Assembly: GCA_964594215.1 (NCBI GenBank)
Contig: CAZQLN010000001.1
Span: 103,638 to 167,637 of the forward strand
Source of the DNA: an uncultured Bdellovibrionales bacterium
GTDB lineage: Bacteria > Patescibacteriota > Minisyncoccia > Moranbacterales > UBA1568
Direction of reading: 5' to 3'
Length of the DNA stretch: 64,000 bases
In this document: piece after piece, positions 20,002 to 28,555 of the stretch
Layout of the letters: the number at the start of each line of letters is the position of its first letter
Numbering within the stretch: position 1 is the stretch's first letter
Notes under the pieces: model-generated
Databases searched by the model: none
What the model was told of the DNA's origin: nothing
What the model saw: only the letters and a program-made list of their open reading frames with translations
Position numbers and translations under genes: made by a program

Positions 20002-22113
20002 CTAGGGAGTATATTGCCAAATTATAACTTCTTCATCTGGGAGGCTATAAATACGTTTGAAATCAGGTATTTGATCAAAAATAAACAAGAGGGTTTCTTG
20101 AGAGTTTGCTATGTAAGGTCTTTTGGCATAGGGGTTATTTGGGCTGGTACTTGCGTAGTAGACGTAGACCTCTTGCTGAGGAAGAGTAGGGAGGCCGTCT
20201 GATTTTTTAATTACTTTGAGTATGTCGTCAGAACTTTCCTTCACCAGAGTTATTTCAGAGATAAGGCTTGCTTTTTCGTGTGTCTCTGAGAAAAAACGAA
20301 TACTTTGAGTTAGACGATCAAGATCTTCGATGTAGTCATAAAGCGGAGTTTCGGTGTCTAGGCGTTGAAAAACAGCTTTTTGGTAGAGTTTATCAAATGA
20401 ATCTCGTTTGACATAAAAGAGAGGGTCATCACTTTTGAAGACAGTTACTTGAGCATGGGTGCGGAGTAGGTTTTCATTTCCATAAGTCATAACGACAGCT
20501 TTATTACCTATATTGGCACGCATCCAATTAGCAGAAACTACTTGTGATGGTGTAATCAGGTATTGTTTTAGGTTATTGATGTAGAGGGCTCCACCTACAT
20601 TAATCAGAAAGCAAAAAATAAGAACATAGGGTAACCAATGGAAAGAAGAAGTTTTTAGTAGAGGTAACCAGAGAAAGAAAAAAGCTACACCAAAGAGAGC
20701 AGCAAAACCAAGAGCTCTTTCTGGTAAAAGCGCAATATCAAAAAATCTCGGCAATATTTCAGCTAGACAGAAAAAGAATAGACTACTGACAAGCAAAATC
20801 ACACCCTCGGGTCGCTCAGAGAGTTTTATCTGAGAGAAAAGATTTTTTCTAAGAAGCTGAATAGCCACTAAGATACTTACTAAAAAAACTGGTCCAGCGT
20901 AGAAGAGATAATAGCGAGCTACTCCCGAAAGAGTAGACCAGCCAACCGTCATACCGTCTATATTAGTGTAATTGAGAGGATAGGAAAGGTTGAGATGACT
21001 TGAACTTAAGAGAGGATAGATTCGTCCTAGCCAGTAGAGAATAAAATGAAAGGCGGTTCCAAATAGAGAAATAGTTTGCAGGGTGAAGAGTATTCCGAGA
21101 AGGGTAATAAGGAGGGGATTTTTTCGATAGATTTTTTTGATATTTTGACGATAAAATAGGAGGGTACTAACGAGCCAAATGAAAAAAATAATGCTGGCTG
21201 CCTCATGATAAAAAGAAAGACTAAGAACAAGGAAGCCTCCGAAGAAAAGGAAGAAACTATCCTTGTTTAGAAAACTTTGAAGCATGGAGACACAAAAAAG
21301 AATCAACCCAATATTAAGGAGGGCTTGTGGAATGGGGGTAGAAATATAAAGAGCGAATGAGGCTGTTACGAAAGGTAAAAAGTAGACGAGTGTTTTTGTC
21401 GCTGTATTTTGAAAATGCTGTGCAAGTAGGGAGAGTGGCAAGATAAGTAAGAAGAAGAAAAAAGGTAAAACGTATTTGAAATAGGCGTAGCCATCCACTC
21501 CAGCAGTGACTATAAAAATATAACTTAAAGATGAGAAAAGGGGTCGATAGAGATGAAGGGGAGTGACCTGACCTTGAGAGAATTCTTTTTGGTACAGAGA
21601 AAGCCAGTAATAAGGATCAAGATCTGGTAAAGCGTAGAAGGCACGAACAATAATTAATACAAAAAGGAGAAAAAAAATTGAAATAGCGGTTATGATAGCG
21701 AGGTCTTTTTTAGGAAGGAGAATTCTTTTATCAAGGAAGTGGGGGTAAATTATGATCGCTAAAAGAAAACTTCCCAACGTAAGAAAAAGAGGCACGTAGG
21801 GTGTAATGGTATGAAACAAGGTGAAAGTGAGAGTGACGAAGAGAGGCGGAATGATGAGGCTAAGAGTAGTTGCGATGAAGATTCTTTCTAACCAACTAAA
21901 AGTTCTTCTAGCGAGTCGCTCAGTGATGGCAGTGAGGTTTATAGCAGTAGTCGGAAGAAGAGTAAAAAGGAGAGTGAACTGACAAAACAGAGGAGAGAAT
22001 GGGAAACTATCGGGAAGTAAGATACAAAGAATAGCTACAAAGAAAACAAAGACATTAAAAAAGAAGAGCTTGCCAAACCTTAAAAAATATGTGATAGGAG
22101 AGGGAACGGGCAT
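20002..22113 (-). CDS. large polytopic membrane protein, GT-C-fold (YfhO/ArnT/PMT-like) glycosyltransferase candidate
   Basis: The 703 aa protein has about 13 TM helices in its N-terminal two thirds and a C-terminal roughly 200 aa soluble domain. It sits immediately downstream of the GT2 and DUF2304 genes. Confidence 0.45.
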   Translation of the reverse strand: MPVPSPITYFLRFGKLFFFNVFVFFVAILCILLPDSFPFSPLFCQFTLLFTLLPTTAINLTAITERLARRTFSWLERIFIATTLSLIIPPLFVTLTFTLFHTITPYVPLFLTLGSFLLAIIIYPHFLDKRILLPKKDLAIITAISIFFLLFVLIIVRAFYALPDLDPYYWLSLYQKEFSQGQVTPLHLYRPLFSSLSYIFIVTAGVDGYAYFKYVLPFFFFLLILPLSLLAQHFQNTATKTLVYFLPFVTASFALYISTPIPQALLNIGLILFCVSMLQSFLNKDSFFLFFGGFLVLSLSFYHEAASIIFFIWLVSTLLFYRQNIKKIYRKNPLLITLLGILFTLQTISLFGTAFHFILYWLGRIYPLLSSSHLNLSYPLNYTNIDGMTVGWSTLSGVARYYLFYAGPVFLVSILVAIQLLRKNLFSQIKLSERPEGVILLVSSLFFFCLAEILPRFFDIALLPERALGFAALFGVAFFFLWLPLLKTSSFHWLPYVLIFCFLINVGGALYINNLKQYLITPSQVVSANWMRANIGNKAVVMTYGNENLLRTHAQVTVFKSDDPLFYVKRDSFDKLYQKAVFQRLDTETPLYDYIEDLDRLTQSIRFFSETHEKASLISEITLVKESSDDILKVIKKSDGLPTLPQQEVYVYYASTSPNNPYAKRPYIANSQETLLFIFDQIPDFKRIYSLPDEEVIIWQYTP

Positions 22114-22127
22114 GTTTCTGTTCAGGC

Positions 22128-22478
22128 TTAATGATTTTTGATGTCTTTTAGACTGTCGTTTCGAGTCAGGGTGGTTATTTGTTGTTCGAGTTTCTCGATA
22201 GCGGAGAGGAGTTTGAAAATCATCAGAAAAACCATGAAGAAGCCAGCAAGAATCACGGCATTGATATTACCTTCGATACCAATGAGTTTAGCAAGAGTGT
22301 TACTGATATCAGGAAAAGTGACTACGAGAGCCATCCCTCCCCAAATAACGATACGGACTAGGAGTTTCAGCAAAGTTTGATTATTCTCTTGTTTGACGTA
22401 ATTTTGCAAACCCTTAGTAATCATAATAAGGGCAAAAGTAACAATAATAATCTGATAGAGAGCGAAGTGCATAGGCAT
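22128..22478 (-). CDS. DUF2304-family small membrane protein
   Basis: The 116 aa protein has three hydrophobic helices and a LIGIE...EKLEQQI C-terminal coil, a pattern typical of DUF2304 proteins that accompany GT2 genes. Confidence 0.55.
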   Translation of the reverse strand: MPMHFALYQIIIVTFALIMITKGLQNYVKQENNQTLLKLLVRIVIWGGMALVVTFPDISNTLAKLIGIEGNINAVILAGFFMVFLMIFKLLSAIEKLEQQITTLTRNDSLKDIKNH

Positions 22479-22493
22479 GTAGTTAGGAGTGAA

Positions 22494-23165
22494 TTAAGAG
22501 ATCATATTCCAAATAATCTTGTAGAGTGTTTTCAGACCATTAGCGAAACTTTGTTTTTGGATTTTACCCATGCTGTATTCAGTATAGCGTACCTCAATGG
22601 GGATCTGCGCGTAGCGCAATTTATGAAGATAGATCTCACGAATAACTTCGCTATCGTATTCATAACGGTCAGTACGGGTATTGATAAGATCAATAGCATG
22701 ACGAGAATAGGCACGAAAACCCGACTGACTATCCGAAACCCAAAGACCGTAAATATACCAAGTGAAGGCGTTACCGATATGATTGGCGAGAATCTTGTAC
22801 CAAGGCATACCCTTGGGATTCTTGAGCCGTGTACCAAGAACGACATGGCAAGCACCTTCTTGGATGGGCTTGATAAGCTCTACTATATCTGTGGGATTAT
22901 GCTGACCATCACTATCCATAGTGACAACAATTTCCACGCCCAGATGCTTAGCTGCTTCTATACCGGTTTTAGTAGCCGCTCCTTTACCTCGATTAATCTT
23001 GTGACGTAGAGCTATCACGTCTGGTATGGAACGAGCTACTTCGTAAGTATCATCATGACTGCCGTCATCAACGATGATAATCTTACGATATCCAGCATCT
23101 TGAATCTCTTTGACGACGTCTCGGATAATCTTGGCTTCGTTGTAGGCAGGGAGGACTATCCACAT
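22494..23165 (-). CDS. family-2 glycosyltransferase, Dpm1/GtrB-like (soluble form)
   Basis: Signatures are WIVLPAYNEAKII, IVDDGSHDDT and TMDSDGQHNP. Confidence 0.75.
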   Translation of the reverse strand: MWIVLPAYNEAKIIRDVVKEIQDAGYRKIIIVDDGSHDDTYEVARSIPDVIALRHKINRGKGAATKTGIEAAKHLGVEIVVTMDSDGQHNPTDIVELIKPIQEGACHVVLGTRLKNPKGMPWYKILANHIGNAFTWYIYGLWVSDSQSGFRAYSRHAIDLINTRTDRYEYDSEVIREIYLHKLRYAQIPIEVRYTEYSMGKIQKQSFANGLKTLYKIIWNMIS

Positions 23166-23237
23166 ACAGAAATTGCTGGAAAATATCTTAGTTTCTCTAT
23201 TTTAGCAAGAAAAAAGGCTTAGGAAAAGCGCTTACAT

Positions 23238-23266
23238 TTGCCCTAATGGGGCATTTTTTGTACAAT
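23238..23266 (+). promoter_or_regulatory. putative promoter TTGCCC-N17-TACAAT upstream of the GT2 gene at 23277
   Basis: The hexamer spacing is canonical. The -10 ends 10 nt before the ATG, implying a very short or absent leader. Confidence 0.3.
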
Positions 23267-23276
23267 AGAGGAAACT

Positions 23277-24218
23277 ATGGAAAACCAAACACCGTATTTG
23301 TCAGTCATTGTACCTCTCTATAATGAAGAGGGGAACGTGTTGGAACTACATCGTCGTATCCATGAGGCCCTTGTGAAGATAGAGCGACCTTTTGAGATTA
23401 TCTTTATAGACGATGGTAGTCAGGATAAAACTATTGAGTTGGCTCGTACCCTCTCACCACTCAAATTGATCGAATTTCGAAAGAACTTCGGTCAAACCGC
23501 AGCTTTCGATGCTGGTATCAAGGCAGCTCGTGGGGAGATAGTGGTCACTCTTGATGGTGATCTCCAAAACGATCCAGCTGATATACCACTTCTTCTTGCC
23601 AAGATGGAGGAAGGTTTTGATGTAGTCTCTGGTTGGCGCTTCAAGCGTAATGATCCTTGGAGTAAGAAAATTCCTTCACGAATTGCTAATTTTCTGCGCA
23701 GTATTCTCATTCAGGATCAAATTCATGATTCCGGTTGTAGTCTTAAGGCCTATAAACGGGAGTGCTTCGAAAACGTAGATCTCTTTGGTGAAATGCATCG
23801 TTTCATGCCGGCCCTTCTTATGCTTGATGGTTTTCGAGTAGCAGAGGTCAAGGTCTCACATCATCCACGAATCCACGGGGTGACTAAGTACAACTGGAAA
23901 CGTGGCGTGAAGGGGTTTGTGGATATGATTGCCATTTGGTTTTGGCGCAAATATTCATATCGACCCATCCATCTTTTTGGTGGAGCAGGCATTCTGCTCT
24001 CTTTTCTGGGAACTATTATTCTGCTCTGGATGCTTGTAGAGAAGTTTGTTATGGGCAATGCTATCGGTGATCGCCTCTGGCCTATTGCCGGTATCTTCTT
24101 CGTTCTTATGGGAGTGCAGCTTTTTGTAGCAGGATTGCTTGCTGATATGTTGGTGCGCAACTACTATCAAGCTCATAGTCGCATGAACTATAGTGTGCGT
24201 AATACCCGAGAGCAATAA
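23277..24218 (+). CDS. family-2 glycosyltransferase, GtrB/ArnC-like polyprenyl-phosphate glycosyltransferase with C-terminal TM helices
   Basis: Signatures are LSVIVPLYNEEGNV, IFIDDGSQDKT and TLDGDLQNDP. There are two C-terminal hydrophobic helices, as in ArnC/GtrB. Confidence 0.75.
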   Translation: MENQTPYLSVIVPLYNEEGNVLELHRRIHEALVKIERPFEIIFIDDGSQDKTIELARTLSPLKLIEFRKNFGQTAAFDAGIKAARGEIVVTLDGDLQNDPADIPLLLAKMEEGFDVVSGWRFKRNDPWSKKIPSRIANFLRSILIQDQIHDSGCSLKAYKRECFENVDLFGEMHRFMPALLMLDGFRVAEVKVSHHPRIHGVTKYNWKRGVKGFVDMIAIWFWRKYSYRPIHLFGGAGILLSFLGTIILLWMLVEKFVMGNAIGDRLWPIAGIFFVLMGVQLFVAGLLADMLVRNYYQAHSRMNYSVRNTREQ

Positions 24219-24261
24219 CTCACTCTTAATTTCCTGATATTTTCAGGATCTCTGTTTGTCT

Positions 24262-24918
24262 ATGAAACTTCATCGCGGTAATTTTGAAAGTAATCTGCTT
24301 TTTCTTCAAAAAAGTGGTCTTCTCGGGAGTCCTAAGCGTATTCTCGAAATTGGTTCTGGTCGTGGTGCCTTGGTTCGTAAGTTGCTCGATTTAGGTCATG
24401 AGGTGACTGGTACAGAGGTAAATCCCGAATACATGGAATATGCAGAGGATCAGTACGGAGTAAATTTAGTTTCTATTAGTACCGCCTCTACGGATTTACC
24501 CTTTAGGAGTGAGAGTTTCGATATTGTGGCGAGCTTTGACGTTTTCGAACACATCCCTAAGACACAGAAACACATCGAAGAAGTGAAGCGTATTTTGGCT
24601 CCTGGCGGAAGCTATCTGGTGTGTACCCCTAACAAATGGACTAATATCCCTTTTGAGATTTTGAAAGAAAGAAGTTTCACAAAATACAAAGAGTATCACT
24701 GTTCACTTCATAACTACTGGCAGATCCAAAAACGTTTTCATGATGCTGGATTTAGCACGCGCTTTGTGAAGGTACCTCTTGTCACCCCATACTTCATCGA
24801 GAAGATGCGTAAATACCTCGGCGGATTCGGAGTCTTGCTGGTTCGTGTGCTGAGGCCCGATAGTTGGCCTCAATGGATGAAGACAAACTTTTATTTGGTA
24901 GCGACTAAGAAATCTTGA
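24262..24918 (+). CDS. class I SAM-dependent methyltransferase
   Basis: Motif I is ILEIGSGRGALV. The ATG is at 24262; the six-frame ORF begins at a TTG at 24256. Confidence 0.7.
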   Translation: MKLHRGNFESNLLFLQKSGLLGSPKRILEIGSGRGALVRKLLDLGHEVTGTEVNPEYMEYAEDQYGVNLVSISTASTDLPFRSESFDIVASFDVFEHIPKTQKHIEEVKRILAPGGSYLVCTPNKWTNIPFEILKERSFTKYKEYHCSLHNYWQIQKRFHDAGFSTRFVKVPLVTPYFIEKMRKYLGGFGVLLVRVLRPDSWPQWMKTNFYLVATKKS

Positions 24919-26231
24919 ATATGAAGCTGACATTTATTGGGACGGGCTATGTGGGATTAGTGACGGGGGCATGTATGGCTGAATTGGGACATACGGTTAT
25001 CTGTGCAGATGTTGATGTCAAAAAAATCAATGGCCTCAAGAGAGGCAAGATGCCCATCTATGAACTTGGCCTTGATGAGCTGGTAGAAAAGAATGTAGAG
25101 AATGGCAGACTCTCTTTTACTACTAATGTTGGTAAAGCAATTAAAGAAGCGGACGTTGTCTTCAATGCCGTGGGTACGCCAGAGGACAAAAAAACCGGCA
25201 AGGCCGATCTCCAGTATGTGTTTGCGGTAGCTGAGACTTTCGCCAAAAACCTGAATGGCTATAAAGTTCTGGTCAACAAATCGACTGTACCAGTAGGTAC
25301 AGCTGATGAATGTCGCAAGCGCATTACTAAGTTTGCTCAGGCCGGTGCAGAATTTGACGTTGTTTCTAATCCAGAGTTTCTTCGTGAAGGAGCGGCTATC
25401 AAGGATTTTCTTAATCCTGATCGCGTAGTAGTAGGGGTGAGTAGTGAGCAAGCTAAGACTTTGATGGAAAAAATTTATCGGCCAATTGCTAGAAGTGGTC
25501 GACCAGTAATCATCACTGATATCAGGAGTGCCGAGCTTATCAAATACGCCTCTAATGCTTTCTTGGCTACCAAGATTAGCTTTATCAATGAAATAGCCAA
25601 TTTCTGTGAACATATTGGTGCCAATGTTAAAGAAGTAGCGCGAGGTATGGGTGCTGATAATCGTATCGGTTCACGGTTTCTCTATGCTGGTATTGGCTAC
25701 GGTGGGTCTTGTTTCCCAAAGGATGTACAGGCCTTGATAGAAACGGGCAAGGAATATGATTTTGATTTTCAGATTGTACAGGCAGTAGATCAGGTTAATG
25801 ACGTTCAGAAGATGCGACCTTTTGAAATTCTCAAGAGTGAATGGAAGAAGAATCTGAAAGGTAAGAAGATCGCCATTTGGGGGCTGTCATTCAAGCCACG
25901 GACTGATGATGTCCGCGAAGCACCCGTTAAAGGAGTTATCGAAGCCTTACTCAAGTCTGGCGCTAAAATTCAGGCCTATGACCCGGTAGCTATGGAGAGT
26001 TTCGAGACAGCTAATAGTCATATGAAGATACTGTATGTCCCCTCTGCCTACGAGGCTTTAGAGGGTGTAGACGCACTTCTGGTGATGACTGAGTGGGATG
26101 AGTTTCGTACAGCTGATTTAGCTCTGATGCAAAAAGCTATGAAAGGCAACCTTATTATTGATGGACGCAATATTTTCGAACGAAGCGAAGCCGAAGAAGT
26201 GGGTTTTACGTATTACGGTATTGGCGTCTAG
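24915..26231 (+). CDS. ugd: UDP-glucose 6-dehydrogenase
   Basis: The N-terminal Rossmann motif is KLTFIGTGYVGLVTG and the catalytic motif is GYGGSCFPKD. An ATGA overlap joins it to the preceding gene. Confidence 0.85.
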   Translation: MNMKLTFIGTGYVGLVTGACMAELGHTVICADVDVKKINGLKRGKMPIYELGLDELVEKNVENGRLSFTTNVGKAIKEADVVFNAVGTPEDKKTGKADLQYVFAVAETFAKNLNGYKVLVNKSTVPVGTADECRKRITKFAQAGAEFDVVSNPEFLREGAAIKDFLNPDRVVVGVSSEQAKTLMEKIYRPIARSGRPVIITDIRSAELIKYASNAFLATKISFINEIANFCEHIGANVKEVARGMGADNRIGSRFLYAGIGYGGSCFPKDVQALIETGKEYDFDFQIVQAVDQVNDVQKMRPFEILKSEWKKNLKGKKIAIWGLSFKPRTDDVREAPVKGVIEALLKSGAKIQAYDPVAMESFETANSHMKILYVPSAYEALEGVDALLVMTEWDEFRTADLALMQKAMKGNLIIDGRNIFERSEAEEVGFTYYGIGV

Positions 26232-28081
26232 ATGAATATCATGAACCCAAGAACATTAGGTCAGAAAATACTTGAACCGCAGAGTCTTTTTGGAATAGTC
26301 TTGCTAGCCTATCTCTTTTTTGCCTTTTGTCATTTAGGGAGTTTCGTGACTGCTGATGAGGGTCACTGGACCTACGAACGTATCCCAGCCTATTTCGTAG
26401 CCTGGCAAACCATGGATCTTGAAGAGACGTTTATTAACGACAAGCCCGGGGTAGCACTAGCCTTGGTCAATCCAGTAGCTACAGCTCTCTATCCAGACTC
26501 AGAAAGCCACTGTGATGAAGGTAAGGATAAAATCGTTACCTGCAGAACAACGGATTCCTCGGCCCTGTATAAGGCTTTCCGTATACCAATTGTCTTAGTT
26601 AATGCGCTGGTTTTAATTTTTCTCTTTTTTGTTATTGGGAGACTGACCAATCCATGGATCGCGCTTTGGAGCACGCTCCTTATTGGCCTATCACCACCCT
26701 TGGTAGGGATTTCACAAATAGTTAATCCAGATGCTTTGCTCTGGTCATTGGCGAGCTCGAGCTTGTTCTCCTACTTCTGGTGGCTCAAATCGGGGTCATG
26801 GCGAGCAGTAGTTTGTACGGGTTTGTTTCTTGGTTTTGCTATGCTCTCTAAGTATGTCGCTCTTATTCTCATTCCCTTTTATCTAGGAGTGATTATTCTT
26901 CGCTTTCTTGTCCTCGGTGATGATGAATTGCCAGCGCCGCGAGAGACACTCTTACGTGACCTTAAGATGTTGGCTCTCAGTATTGTGTTGGCCTTGATTA
27001 TTTTTGCTTGTTTTTTACCAGCTCTAGTCATTCATACGGCGAGAATAGGGGAGTTTTTGGGTACGGTAGAGGGAAAGAGAATGCTCTTCGGTATAGGATC
27101 CATACCACTTTTTGTATTTCTTGTTGATACGTATCTTTGTAAGAGTAGGGGTTTGTTCATTTTGCGAGGTTTTTGTCAGCGTATCCAGGACTTTTTCTCG
27201 CTGTTGCCTGTGGTTCTGTTTGGGATTTTTGTACTTGTTATTTTGGTGCGGCTTGCCTTTCCAGAGCTTGCTGTTTTTACTACGGTACGTTTCGATACCA
27301 AAGAGTTGAGCAGTGCCTTCGATCTTCTTGGTCGAGCGCTTACTTGGTATGAGGCAGTCCTTCTTAATCTCACTCCAGTAGTCTATGCTCTGACGCCCAT
27401 TACTCTCGTCGGACTTTTGTTTCTTGCGCTAGAGATGCATCGCAAGAGACTCTCAAGTTATTATTTTTTTGCGGTCAGTATTACAATTTTTATTATTCTT
27501 TACGAAGCTATTCTTCTCTATACAGATGTTTTGGCGACTATTCGCTACAGTGTGATGGTTTATCCGCTACTCGGTTTTCTTGGTGCTCTTGGTTTCTGGC
27601 ATATCACCAAAATTCTACCCTTTGGCAGAAAAGAGTTGATTATCACGGCAGTTCTTTTTCTCGCATCGACCAGTAGTATCATGAGTATCAAACCGTTTTA
27701 TTTCAACTACACAATTTCTTATTACCAAAAACTCATGTTGTGACAGATGCTTGGGGCTATGGTGGGTACGAGGCGGCGGAGTATCTCAATGCTTTGCCGG
27801 ACGCGAAGAATCTTACAGCTTGGTCTGATTATTATGGCTTCTGTGAATTTTTTGTTGGTAAGTGCCTTACGGCATATAATTTCGATAAAAATACGATCAG
27901 TCCAGATTACTATGTTTTGACTAGACGGGGACGTATTCGTTATTGGTCACGCTATGAAACTTGGGAGAAAAACTCGGGTCTAGTTGCCTACAAATACTAC
28001 GATACTACCAACCCAGTCTGGGAGTTATTGATTGATAATAACAAACAGAACTACGTCAGAGTGTTTAAGGTAGAGAAGTAG
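26232..28081 (+). pseudogene. frameshifted GT-C-fold (ArnT/PMT-like, GT39/83-like) membrane glycosyltransferase, paralog of 30666..32945
   Basis: Two adjacent ORFs (26232..27743 and 27740..28081) lie in different frames. The first carries INPDALLW...LSKY TM-domain motifs and the second aligns to the C-terminal soluble domain of the 759 aa paralog (GYGGYEAAEYLNALPDAKN vs GPGSYEIAQKLNSLPNAKD). The join lies at about 27727-27740, next to an A5 run. Confidence 0.55.
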
Positions 28082-28164
28082 ACCCTTTACAAGAAGAATA
28101 TTCCATGGTTAACTAGGAAACCGGTTCTTTGGGCGCAACGCTTTTTCCAGAAGGAGTAGAGGAA

Positions 28165-28434
28165 ATGAAATTTGAAATATCAGAGCAATGGGGGATTCGT
28201 TTCCGGGCTTTGATGAAACGTTTCCGTGATAGGCATGGTGACCTGACAGCACAGAGTCTTATTGCTATCGGAGAGACCATCTTCAGTGCCGTTGATCGGC
28301 AGGGTCCCAACGTCAAGGACGTGGTGATCATTGTCGGAACAGCGAGTAGGCAAAAGGGGGGTCGCAAGCAAGTAGTCATATCGCTTGGAGAGCTTCTCGA
28401 ACAAGTCAGGATTCAAAACCCCGAGGGACCATGA
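28165..28434 (+). CDS. hypothetical small protein (89 aa)
   Basis: A strong SD (AAGGAG, 28151-28156) lies 8 nt upstream of the ATG. The protein is a soluble basic protein followed by a strong intrinsic terminator, with no recognisable family. Confidence 0.4.
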   Translation: MKFEISEQWGIRFRALMKRFRDRHGDLTAQSLIAIGETIFSAVDRQGPNVKDVVIIVGTASRQKGGRKQVVISLGELLEQVRIQNPEGP

Positions 28435-28460
28435 TGGTGCCTCGGGAGTTTTTCTTTTTT
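28420..28460 (+). terminator. rho-independent terminator
   Basis: The hairpin CCCGAGGGACCA-TGA-TGGTGCCTCGGG has an 11-12 bp stem with one mismatch and is followed by AGTTTTTCTTTTTT. Confidence 0.7.
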
Positions 28461-28555
28461 AGGCTCAATCTTGCTATACTAAAGCACATGGAGAGTGACT
28501 CGGAAGTTTTAGGTACGCTTTCCTATTATACACCTAAATAGACTATTTGTCAAGT

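Noticed and set aside
23243-23256. Mini-hairpin GCCC-TAAT-GGGC followed by a T-run in the divergent region upstream of 23277
   Set aside because: The stem is only 4 bp, too weak for a terminator, and no gene ends there. It is more likely part of a promoter spacer.
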